Positions 55,739 through 64,000 of a DNA stretch of 64,000 bases are shown piece by piece (positions within the stretch are counted from its first letter, which is position 1; each line of letters begins with the position of its first letter). The DNA comes from Deltaproteobacteria bacterium (GTDB lineage: Bacteria; Desulfobacterota; Syntrophobacteria; BM002): NCBI GenBank assembly GCA_019309045.1, contig JAFDGZ010000008.1, positions 309 to 64,308 of the forward strand, in the 5' to 3' direction. Below the pieces are notes generated by a model. That model was not told the DNA's origin. It searched no databases and saw only the letters and a program-made list of their open reading frames with translations. The translations under genes were made by a program, and so were the position numbers.

Positions 55739-58700
55739 TCACAATTCTATTTTTCGCTGCAGAGCAGTAAAGTACAGTATGGCGTGGATCTCTGAGGCGT
55801 CAATCACGAGGCTCCTGGCAGCCATTTCTCGGTACCCCAGGATCTGGGGTCGGTAATGTTCTACTTCTCTAGCCAGGAAAGATTCTACCGTCTCGTTTGC
55901 TGCAGGTCTGCCTGTCTTGTAGTCCACCAGCCACCACTCATCGCCATCTGATACCAGGCGGTCTATTACTCCCGCCCGCACCTTGCCCGGGCCAGGACAG
56001 TCTTCCAGAGGAATCTCACAGTAAGACCTGGTGTGGCTCTCCCCCAGCAACCAGGCAAAGAAAGGCTCCTGCAGACAAGTCTGCACCTCGAGCACAATTG
56101 CCTGCGCCAGGTCAAAGGCTCTGGCTGCAGGGACCTTTTCTCTCACAAGGGCAGCGGCCACTCCCTCCACTGTGGGCAGCGGCTGCTGGCGGCCAAGGGA
56201 TTCGAGCATTCTGTGAATGACAACCCCTCTTTCCCGGGCATAGTCCTCGCCGCCCTCACAAATCGCCATTTCAGCAAGCTCTGACGGCTTCACCAGGCTA
56301 TAAGGCAGCGGTTCAGTTCTCAAGTACAGAGGCTGCGGCAGGGTGGACACAGGGCATCTTGGGCTGACACTGGGAGACGTCTGAGGATTCAGCAGCAGAT
56401 TGACAACACTGTTGTTTGCTGCTGCCAGCTGACCATCAGCCTCTAGAGTAATGCCATGGTGCTGGAGCAGCCATTGCAGAGGACTGCGCTGTCTCGGCTT
56501 GAGCCCCTTGGGCCCCCGACCACAGATGCCACTGAGACAAAGCCTTTTTTTTGCTCTGGTGGCAGCCACATAGAAAAGCCTCTTTGCTTCGGCAAGTTGT
56601 TTTCGCCGGCTGATCTCTTGCAGCAACTTGAACAGACGTACACTGCTGTCGTTCTGCTGGCGGCGGTCAGGAGCAAGGGCTAGCAAAGACTCACCATCGG
56701 CCTCCGGCAGCCGCTCCAAGAGATACGGCGGCCCCGAGCCAGCAGCACCACTCAGAGGATCCCAGTCCAGAAATGGCAGATATACTGTGTCGAATTCCAG
56801 GCCCTTGGCCCGGTGAACCGTCATCATCTCCACGGGTGCTGCGGCAATGGCAGGATCCACCGGCGAGTAAGCATTTTCCAGCAGCAGCTCCATCTCCTCT
56901 ATGGTCTCCTCGGCAATGCCCTTTTCAGCTTCGGCCAGAAGCTCCAAATAACGCCGACAGTTGGCGACTCCGGCAGTGGAGCTTGCGGCAGCCACCGCTG
57001 CTGGCCCATCCAGATCCTGCCAGACCCGGGCCACCAGGGTTGCCAGCTCCTGGCGTCCCAATCGCTGCTGCGCCTTGTGCATGGCATTCCACAGCTCGGC
57101 AACAGCAGGCAATTCTGCGGCTGCAGCACAGCACTTGGCACGCCAGCTGCTGGCAGCAATCTTCGCCACCTGAACAAAGTCAGCCAATGTCAGGTAGCAC
57201 CAGGGTGAACGCAGCAGAGAGGCCCAGGCCACATCGTCATGGGGTCGGCTGAGCGCCAGAGTTATCTGGTGGAGATGCTGCACCTCCGGCTGTTCAGAAA
57301 GTAACAAGCCCTCCTGCACCTGTACAGCAACGCCTGCCTGCTGCAGGGCAGCCATATAGACGGCCAGAGGAGTTCTGGCAAAGAGTAAAATCCCTATGCT
57401 GCCTCCTGAATCGCCTGCCTGCACCTGGCTGCGTACCATCTCTGCCAGCCACTCTGCTTCAGCTTTCCTGAGTGCTGCAGCCTCTTGTTCTTCAGAGAAA
57501 ATGGCCAGCGACAGCTGAGCTGCGTCGGCTTTTGAGATCGCCTTTGCCTGGATGAACTCTACCTCATCAGCGCTCGGATCAGGGTGCACCATGATGGTCT
57601 CGCCAAAAATCTGGTTGCACCAGTCCACCAGAAGAGGATGAGAGCGGAAGTTCGTTTGCAACTGCAAACTCTCCAGGGGAAACAACCCCATGCCAGCAAC
57701 AGGCACGCCCTGTTTTGCTTTGACAAACAGGGAGACTTCGGCATTGCGGAAACCGTATATGGACTGTTTGGGGTCACCCACAAGCATCAGTGTTCTGTGC
57801 GAATCTGCAGGCCATCCTGCGCAGAGATATTGGATCAACAGCCACTGGTTGCGGCTGGTGTCCTGAAACTCGTCAACCAGCAGGTGCTTGATCTTCTGGT
57901 CGAGGTAAAGATGCAAGTCGGCGGGATTCTCACGGTTGAAGATTCGCAGGGCGCCCTGCTCCAGGTCGATGTAGTCGAGCAGGAGTTGTTGTCGACAAAG
58001 ATCGCCATAGATGCGCACGGCCTCGCCCATTATCAGGACCAGATCATAGAGAGAGTCCAGATCAAGTTCTCCGGTCCCGGGCAGCGGCAGATCCTTGAGT
58101 CCATGCAGCAGCAGTGGAATTTCCGGGGGCAGCGTTGCCAGCATCTCTGCCCAGCTGCTCTTGTTGAAGCCCGCATAGAAGCCAGTCGCCGGACCCAGCC
58201 GTTTTCGCAGCGTGCCTGCCCTGGTTGTCATTACCTCAGCTGCTGCTTGCCAGCTGGGAAGCACCTGCCAGGAGCGAATCTCCAGCTCCGCTGGCAACAA
58301 TTGCCCGGCAGCGGCTCCCTTTTCATGCAGATGTCCCAGGAAGGCAGGCCAGTTCCTGCCCAAGGGGGTTGCTGCCAGGGCCCTGGCGCAGGCATGGAGT
58401 CGTTGCTGTACCAGCCTTGCCAGCCTTTGCTGCAGGACCTCTGCCAAGGAAGCCCTGTGTCGATGGCTGCCAATCAATTCCAGGAGATCCTCCAGCTGGT
58501 CTCTTCTGGCCAGCAGCTCAACCACATGGTGCTGCAAGGCTGCAGAGTCGTTGTTGAGTCTGAGCAGCCAGTTGACAACCGCCTGGCGCCGCGGTTCTGT
58601 CGAATGAAGGTCCAGCAGTTGATTGATGGTTTCATCTGCCGCCTCCCTGAGGAGAGCTCGCTGCTGCTCATCGCTCATTACTCGACTGCCAGGTGGAATT

Positions 58701-59149
58701 CCTGCCTCCAGAGGGGCTCGCTGTACCAACTCCAGACAAAAGCTGTGGAATGTCTTGACTTGCAGACCGTCCGGTGCTGCAAGTAATTGCGCTGCATGAC
58801 GTCGGCAGACTCGGGCGGCCTGGGCAAGCAGAACCCCGTCGGCGACATTGGCAGCCGCTGCACCGCGGCCAGCGCGCTCGAGAAGCTCCCTGAGGCGAGC
58901 CTTCATCTCTGCCGCCGCCTTGTTGGTAAAGGTGAGGGCCAGGATGTTGCCGGGGTGCTCCACTTCCGCCAACAGATTCAGGAAGCGGGCGGTCAGCAGC
59001 CACGTCTTGCCAGAGCCGGCAGGTGCCTCCAGGTGAAAGCTGCGCCGGATGTCCACCGCTGCCAGCCGCACAGGCTCGTCAGGAAGGATACTGCTGTTCA
59101 TCTCTTTATGACTATCCTCGTCTGCTGCGCTGGCAGATGGTTCTGGCAA
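55739..59149 (-). CDS. addA: AddA/RecB-like UvrD-family helicase with a C-terminal PD-(D/E)XK nuclease
   Basis: N-terminal Walker A APAGSGKTWLL and TFTNKAAAEMK. C-terminal nuclease motif GVIDRLV...LVDYKTG. 1136 aa. Confidence 0.8.
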   Translation of the reverse strand: MPEPSASAADEDSHKEMNSSILPDEPVRLAAVDIRRSFHLEAPAGSGKTWLLTARFLNLLAEVEHPGNILALTFTNKAAAEMKARLRELLERAGRGAAAANVADGVLLAQAARVCRRHAAQLLAAPDGLQVKTFHSFCLELVQRAPLEAGIPPGSRVMSDEQQRALLREAADETINQLLDLHSTEPRRQAVVNWLLRLNNDSAALQHHVVELLARRDQLEDLLELIGSHRHRASLAEVLQQRLARLVQQRLHACARALAATPLGRNWPAFLGHLHEKGAAAGQLLPAELEIRSWQVLPSWQAAAEVMTTRAGTLRKRLGPATGFYAGFNKSSWAEMLATLPPEIPLLLHGLKDLPLPGTGELDLDSLYDLVLIMGEAVRIYGDLCRQQLLLDYIDLEQGALRIFNRENPADLHLYLDQKIKHLLVDEFQDTSRNQWLLIQYLCAGWPADSHRTLMLVGDPKQSIYGFRNAEVSLFVKAKQGVPVAGMGLFPLESLQLQTNFRSHPLLVDWCNQIFGETIMVHPDPSADEVEFIQAKAISKADAAQLSLAIFSEEQEAAALRKAEAEWLAEMVRSQVQAGDSGGSIGILLFARTPLAVYMAALQQAGVAVQVQEGLLLSEQPEVQHLHQITLALSRPHDDVAWASLLRSPWCYLTLADFVQVAKIAASSWRAKCCAAAAELPAVAELWNAMHKAQQRLGRQELATLVARVWQDLDGPAAVAAASSTAGVANCRRYLELLAEAEKGIAEETIEEMELLLENAYSPVDPAIAAAPVEMMTVHRAKGLEFDTVYLPFLDWDPLSGAAGSGPPYLLERLPEADGESLLALAPDRRQQNDSSVRLFKLLQEISRRKQLAEAKRLFYVAATRAKKRLCLSGICGRGPKGLKPRQRSPLQWLLQHHGITLEADGQLAAANNSVVNLLLNPQTSPSVSPRCPVSTLPQPLYLRTEPLPYSLVKPSELAEMAICEGGEDYARERGVVIHRMLESLGRQQPLPTVEGVAAALVREKVPAARAFDLAQAIVLEVQTCLQEPFFAWLLGESHTRSYCEIPLEDCPGPGKVRAGVIDRLVSDGDEWWLVDYKTGRPAANETVESFLAREVEHYRPQILGYREMAARSLVIDASEIHAILYFTALQRKIEL

Positions 59150-61790
59150 AACAGTTCTGGCACCATCGCTGCTGGGAGCGTTGCCAACTCCCCACTGCCT
59201 CTGCTGTGGAGAAATTGCCCTTCTGCAGCTCCTGGGCGAGTTCTGCCAGGCGATCTTCCCAGATGTCCAGGAATGTCTGCCAGTCGCCGCTCTTCTTCTG
59301 CAGGTTGTCCAGCTTTATCTCCTTTTCCGATTTGAGCCTTATATATCCCGCCTGCATGGGCTGCGCTGCTGGCAGCCGCTCATTGGCAGGCTGCAAGCAT
59401 TCCTGCTGAAGGGCGCGCAGATAAGCAGGCAGCTGGGGCGCCCTGGCATGGTCGAATACTTCTGCCGCTGTGGGACTGCTGCCGGTTTTGTAATCCCAGC
59501 AGAAGAGCCCGTCAGTGGAATGCCGGTCCAGCCGGTCGATGCGGCCGGCAAAAGTGCACGGCCATCCTTTCAGCCTCAGACCTGTGAAGGAAATCTCTTC
59601 AGCCAGCCAGCGCCACCCTTGCTCCATCCTTTCTGCTTCCTGCTCGAGCCAGGCAGGGATCAGCCCCTGCGAACTGCTCAGCCAGCGCTGCCTCTCCACC
59701 CGCCAGTAAGGGCTGGCAGTCAGGTCAGCCACAGCTTGTTCCAGACACTCTTCTATGAAGGGCAGCATATCCTGCCAGCTGAGCCCCTTCTCAGGCAGCT
59801 GGGGCCGCAGCTGCCTGGTAATACAGGCCAGGGCCGCATGCAGCCGCTGGCCGCGCTCCTCAGCCCTGATGCCAAACTGGGGGATGGTCAGTGGTTCCAG
59901 GTCCAACAGGTGTTGCACCAGAAAAAGGAATGGACAGCGGCAGGCCGTGTCCAGCGCACTCACTGACAGCTGTTCCGGAAAGGAAACAGGCAATGGCAGG
60001 TTCTCTTCACCGAACTGCTCGGCTGGATATCGCTGCAGGCCGCGCCACATGGAGCGCACCCAGGGTGCCGCTGCCCAGACGGCACTCGGCTGCTGCCAGA
60101 GGTTGTCGACCACAGGCTCCCAGGCCTGGCGCCACAGCGGCGTAGGCAGCACTGTCTCGTGGCCCACCTGCTCCGGACTGCTCAGGTAAACTTCGCCAGC
60201 AGAAGACAGCAGCTGCTCCAGGGCTGCCCAGGCAAAGTCGTATTGGCTTTCCACGGTGGCACCCCGAATGTGCTGCCGTTCGCCAGGTTCAAGCAGGGGA
60301 AAAGAGCGCACCGGCTGGGGAAGCGCTGTGTGAGTCATGCCCACCAGGAAAAGCCGCTGAAAAGAAAGCCCGCGAGCTTCGATAAGGCCCATTATCTGAA
60401 TACCCGCATGTTCACTGGCTTCGACCTGCACAGTCTCCTGGCAGAGCGCCTGATGCAGCCATCCCTGAAAGGTGGCAGCGTCAAGAGAGAGGTCAGCCAG
60501 CTCAACCGACACTGAATGTAAAGCTTGCTGCAAGAGATTGAAGGCGACATGGTCCGCCTCTTCAGCCATAACGGGAAACTGCAGCCGCCGCCAGACCTGC
60601 TCGAGGAATCCTTGCCAGCCAGCAGCAGAACGAATTCCAGACCGGCAGACAGAGGCCAGCAACTCGCCAAGATCGACCTGCTCTGAATTGAGCAAGGGCG
60701 CGAGTTCAGGCTGCAGCTGTAGAGCCTGATTGAAGAGAGCATTTACATGAGCTGCAGGATCCTGCCGTCGCCATTGCCGGTCCAGCACCGCCAGCTGATG
60801 ACGCTCTCTTCGCCATTGGCCGTAGTAAGGAGACTGCAGCAGAGAGTAGATCAAGAGCCGATGGTTCTTTTCCATGGCAAAACGCAGGGGCAGAAGGGCT
60901 GCCCTGACCAAAGGGTGGCCAGTGAGAGGCTTCCCCAGGGTGATATTGTAGGTTGCCTCCCCAGGGGTGGCTGGCTGCGCCAGGATAGTGTCCAGGATCT
61001 TCTGTAAGGGCCCGGCATACTGCTCCAAATTGGGCACCACCACACCCACCGCACCGGGCCTCGTATCCTGGGAAAATTGGACAAGAAGCTCACAAAGATA
61101 ATGAATTTCCGCTTTCATATCGGGTAGAGAAAAGGCGCGAGTGCAGGGGGAACCTCGTCGTGGCAGTGGAAAGTATTCCACCCTGGTGTGCCTGGACAGA
61201 ACCCGGAAGAGATCCTCCTCGATGGGGGCCGGCTTTTCGAAGCCGGCCAACAAGACCGTCTGGGGAAGGGTCAGCCGCCCCTCCTGAATGGCCGCTGCCA
61301 TTCTCAGCGGCAGCTCCGCGGGATGCCACAGCTTCTGCTCTTGGAGGGCGGCCCTGAATTGCCGGCACACTGCGGCTCGCCACTTGGGCAAAGGCAGAGG
61401 ATAACTGCTCATCACCTTGGTGGGATCCAGGCGGTGGCGCACCATGGCGGTGTAGCTTTGCTCCAGCATGCGCAGGAGATTGAAGTCCAGAGACAGATCC
61501 TCGGGTGGCGGCTGCCGGCTAGCTGCCTCCTGCCAGAGTTGCAGCCGCCGCAACAAAGAGGCTGGCACTTCACTGTCCCAGAGGGAGGCATAGCTGCGCT
61601 GCAGCCAGTTGTTCAAACTCATGGCCTCGACTGTGAGCCAGCCGCGTCTTGCAGCGGCAAGCTGCTGCAGACGGTGGCGGTGTTTAAGCGCCCGGGCCAG
61701 GCGGCTGCCGGAGGTGACTACAAGGGTTCCGGGCCGCCACCTATCCAGCAGCATCTGCTGCCATGCCTCTGTTGGCGACACATGACTCAC
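59112..61790 (-). CDS. addB: AddB-like PD-(D/E)XK nuclease subunit with a C-terminal Cys cluster
   Basis: C-terminal GRIDRLDRH...WDYKTG nuclease motif followed by C...CQNCFARTIC (AddB Fe-S-type cysteines). Overlaps the addA start by 38 nt. Confidence 0.75.
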   Translation of the reverse strand: MSHVSPTEAWQQMLLDRWRPGTLVVTSGSRLARALKHRHRLQQLAAARRGWLTVEAMSLNNWLQRSYASLWDSEVPASLLRRLQLWQEAASRQPPPEDLSLDFNLLRMLEQSYTAMVRHRLDPTKVMSSYPLPLPKWRAAVCRQFRAALQEQKLWHPAELPLRMAAAIQEGRLTLPQTVLLAGFEKPAPIEEDLFRVLSRHTRVEYFPLPRRGSPCTRAFSLPDMKAEIHYLCELLVQFSQDTRPGAVGVVVPNLEQYAGPLQKILDTILAQPATPGEATYNITLGKPLTGHPLVRAALLPLRFAMEKNHRLLIYSLLQSPYYGQWRRERHQLAVLDRQWRRQDPAAHVNALFNQALQLQPELAPLLNSEQVDLGELLASVCRSGIRSAAGWQGFLEQVWRRLQFPVMAEEADHVAFNLLQQALHSVSVELADLSLDAATFQGWLHQALCQETVQVEASEHAGIQIMGLIEARGLSFQRLFLVGMTHTALPQPVRSFPLLEPGERQHIRGATVESQYDFAWAALEQLLSSAGEVYLSSPEQVGHETVLPTPLWRQAWEPVVDNLWQQPSAVWAAAPWVRSMWRGLQRYPAEQFGEENLPLPVSFPEQLSVSALDTACRCPFLFLVQHLLDLEPLTIPQFGIRAEERGQRLHAALACITRQLRPQLPEKGLSWQDMLPFIEECLEQAVADLTASPYWRVERQRWLSSSQGLIPAWLEQEAERMEQGWRWLAEEISFTGLRLKGWPCTFAGRIDRLDRHSTDGLFCWDYKTGSSPTAAEVFDHARAPQLPAYLRALQQECLQPANERLPAAQPMQAGYIRLKSEKEIKLDNLQKKSGDWQTFLDIWEDRLAELAQELQKGNFSTAEAVGSWQRSQQRWCQNCFARTICQRSRRG

Positions 61791-62803
61791 GGCTTCATAA
61801 CCTCACTGAGCAGCACTGTGGCATAGGAACCCTTTGGCAGAAAAAATGACAGCCGCAGCCCTTCTTTTTCCTGCTGCAGCTCTACTTCTCCCAGGGGAAT
61901 ACGGAAAACCCTGCGGCTCCCGGGCTGCCTGTTGAATATTTGCGGCTGCAGCCCGGCCCGCCTGAGAATCTCCTCCTCCAGGGTGCCGGGGACGCCCTGG
62001 GCACGCCTCATTTTCTTGCCCCATATGGGGCCGGTAGGGCTGATTTCCAGACGCTCCGCTCTGGGCTGTTCAACCTCCGGTTCAGTGACGGTAAAGAGGC
62101 CGCCCGTGTCGTGCTTCTTGGCGATGTCACCCAGAAGCACGCGGTTGAACAACTGCTGCTGCAGCCTCTCTTTCAGGGTCAGGTTGAAGAGCAGCGAAGT
62201 GGCGGCACTGATGAGGAGCCGGCGCTGGCGCGCGGAGCGCAGCCGCTTCCTGCCCACCAGGATGGCCAGACCATCCTCAGCATTGCGCCCGCCTGCACCG
62301 AATCTCTGCGGCCCGTAAAAATTGGGCATGCCTGCAGCTCGGAGGCGATCAATGACCTGTCGGGCGCGTGGCAGCGAGTCCGGGGCAGCGCCGCGTATGA
62401 GAACCTTGAAATTATTCCCTCGCAGGTGTCCCGTTCGAAGCTTGTGTCCATGATACTTCTGCGCCAGGACAATTATGCCATGCCGCTCGAGTTCACTGAG
62501 GCCGCCAGCAGTAACCTTTTTCCGCGGCAGTGAGATCCACTGCCTGCTTACTGCCTGCTTGTCTTTCCAGCCAGCCAGCCCCACCTCATGGTCCTGCAGC
62601 CCAAAGTGCTTGCGAAAAACTGCCACCTTGTCCAGGGTGGACATACCTCTGCTTTCCACAAACAGGAAGACAAAGTCCCCTTCACCAGCTGCTTGGTAAA
62701 GGGGGACCTCCTCAACCACAAAATCTTCGGGCTGCACTTTGAGCCGACCGCCAGTGCCAGGCAGATCAGCCGTCAGATAGATGCTGCCGAAAGTTGTCTC
62801 CAT
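61787..62803 (-). CDS. truD: tRNA pseudouridine(13) synthase TruD
   Basis: GLAGWKDKQAVSRQW (TruD catalytic Asp region) and overall TruD length and pattern. Overlaps the addB start (ATGA-type). Confidence 0.8.
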   Translation of the reverse strand: METTFGSIYLTADLPGTGGRLKVQPEDFVVEEVPLYQAAGEGDFVFLFVESRGMSTLDKVAVFRKHFGLQDHEVGLAGWKDKQAVSRQWISLPRKKVTAGGLSELERHGIIVLAQKYHGHKLRTGHLRGNNFKVLIRGAAPDSLPRARQVIDRLRAAGMPNFYGPQRFGAGGRNAEDGLAILVGRKRLRSARQRRLLISAATSLLFNLTLKERLQQQLFNRVLLGDIAKKHDTGGLFTVTEPEVEQPRAERLEISPTGPIWGKKMRRAQGVPGTLEEEILRRAGLQPQIFNRQPGSRRVFRIPLGEVELQQEKEGLRLSFFLPKGSYATVLLSEVMKP

Positions 62804-62888
62804 GCCTCCTCGCTATTGAGGCGGAATAGCTGCCGCTGAAACTGAGGTAAACTGTGAAAAGTCTGGCGATTCTTCCGGGCGACCCTTG

Positions 62889-63944
62889 TCAGGCCGGCAA
62901 CAATTCCTTCCAGGCCCTCTCATCCAGCAGCTCGACAATTGCCTTTGTCAATGCCAAGGTGGCCAGCACATCGTCCAGATGGATGAGACCGCTATGACTG
63001 TGAGCATAACGAACCGGTACAGAGAGAACCACCGTGGGAATGCCGCCGCGGGCCGCCTGGATTGCCCGGGCATCGGTGGCGCCGCTGCGCCGGACAGCCA
63101 GCTGGTGAGCAATATTGCGGCTGCGGGCGATCTCTGTGACCCACTGCCAGAACTGCCGATGAATTATGATGGAGGGGTCATAGAGTCTGATCTGGCAGCC
63201 TTTTCCCAGAACAGCCTGGGGATTGTCCCTGGTAATCCCCGGCAGATCATCCGCCGGGGCACCTTCCAGCACCACGGCAGCCTGGGGCTTTACCACCTCA
63301 ACCGCTGCTGCGGCGCCCCGGGAGCCCACCTCTTCCTGCACGGTGCCAACCCCAAGGACAGTATTGGGATGCGTCTCCAGTTCAGCAAGGACCTGCACCA
63401 GAATGGCGCATCCCACCCGGTCATCCCAGGCCTTGTTTGCCAGCAGTTTGCCGTGCCACCTGGCAAAGCGACTTTCTGGAGTAACAAGATCTCCCAGCCG
63501 TATACCCAGGGCTTCGACTTCTTCCGCAGACTGAGCACCCACATCCACAAAAAGCTCCTCCAGCTGCAGCCTGTCAGCTTCCTTCTTGAAATGCACCGGT
63601 ATGGAGCCAACGATTCCCTCGACAACTCCCTTGCTGCCGTGAATGTGCAGACGCTGCCCGGGCAACTGCTGCACCTGCCAACCCCCCAGGGCCTGCAGCC
63701 GCAAGTATCCCTGGGCAAGAATATCCTGTACCATGAAGCCCACCTCGTCCATGTGAGCCGTGAGCATGAGGCGGGGGGTATCTCGATCTCCCCTTCTTTC
63801 GGCAATAAGAGAGCCCAGACCATCGCGTCGTATGTGGCAGCAAGCAGCCAGCCGGGAGCGCATCAGGGCAGCAACAGGTTCTTCGCCGCCAGGTGGACCG
63901 GGCGTGCAAGAGAGTTCCTCCAGCAGTTGGATGATATCAGCCAT
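62889..63944 (-). CDS. M42-family metallo-aminopeptidase (FrvX/glutamyl aminopeptidase-like)
   Basis: M42 motifs: LTAHMDEVGFMV and GAPADDL (here GAPADDLPG). ATG at 63944 is preceded by GGAGAGG. The longer ORF start at 63971 is less likely. Confidence 0.85.
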   Translation of the reverse strand: MADIIQLLEELSCTPGPPGGEEPVAALMRSRLAACCHIRRDGLGSLIAERRGDRDTPRLMLTAHMDEVGFMVQDILAQGYLRLQALGGWQVQQLPGQRLHIHGSKGVVEGIVGSIPVHFKKEADRLQLEELFVDVGAQSAEEVEALGIRLGDLVTPESRFARWHGKLLANKAWDDRVGCAILVQVLAELETHPNTVLGVGTVQEEVGSRGAAAAVEVVKPQAAVVLEGAPADDLPGITRDNPQAVLGKGCQIRLYDPSIIIHRQFWQWVTEIARSRNIAHQLAVRRSGATDARAIQAARGGIPTVVLSVPVRYAHSHSGLIHLDDVLATLALTKAIVELLDERAWKELLPA

Positions 63945-64000
63945 GTTCACCTCTCCAGCTAGGGTGAGCAATCACAGCTATCAGACAACAAAACAGGCAA

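Noticed and set aside
57584-58786. 400 aa plus-strand ORF; also the plus-strand ORFs at 59181..59966 and 61188..61826
   Set aside because: They are antisense to addA and addB, and Gln/Leu/Pro-rich with no motifs.
1-64000. CRISPR arrays, IS elements / transposases, rRNA, retron or DGR reverse transcriptases, integrases
   Set aside because: No short regularly spaced direct repeats were seen. No DDE transposase, recombinase or RT motifs appear in any of the supplied translations.

Overview
This 64 kb window is a dense, mostly housekeeping chromosomal stretch of a high-GC (~58-60% by eye) Gram-negative bacterium. The gene content points to a delta-proteobacterial / Desulfobacterota-like organism: sigma-54 enhancer-binding protein, MopE-type metal-binding-repeat secreted protein, FmdB zinc ribbon, and Mo-cofactor and formate-dehydrogenase maturation genes. 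Nearly the whole window is coding. I found no CRISPR array, IS element, integrase or rRNA. Main recognisable blocks: MBL hydrolase / acetyl-CoA hydrolase-GNAT / lgt; mobB-mobA-moeA with divergent fdhD; recG; a uvrD/pcrA helicase with an upstream EndoQ-like PHP nuclease; rlmI and fmdB; a TGS-GTPase and a sigma-70 family factor; a secreted protein with cbiM and a CbiN-like gene but no cbiQ/cbiO; thiD; tolC; ftsE-ftsX-envC-ctpA and a YibQ-like deacetylase; mlaE-mlaF-mlaD; tRNA-Thr; two tandem tRNA-Ser; comEA; a DegT aminotransferase; an ABC-F ATPase; M20 and M42 peptidases; an addB/addA-like helicase-nuclease pair; and truD. The one clearly accessory-looking segment lies immediately 3' of tRNA-Thr, at about 35.8-43.4 kb. 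It holds a YefM/YoeB toxin-antitoxin pair with a TGTACA palindromic operator, then a minus-strand gene string. That string comprises a PspF-type sigma-54 activator, a PilZ-FHA fusion protein, a short MshM/ExeA-like AAA+ ATPase, and a GAF-domain-extended GspE/PilB-family secretion ATPase. The MshM-like and PilZ-FHA genes are conspicuously AT-rich (about 35-40% GC by eye). They are separated by a GC-rich ~450 bp non-coding spacer. This is my best candidate for a previously undescribed module. I propose a c-di-GMP (PilZ) plus phospho-threonine (FHA) plus sigma-54 regulated secretion-ATPase module that has no pilin, secretin or platform genes in cis. All assignments rest on recognised motifs in the supplied translations. 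No database search was run.
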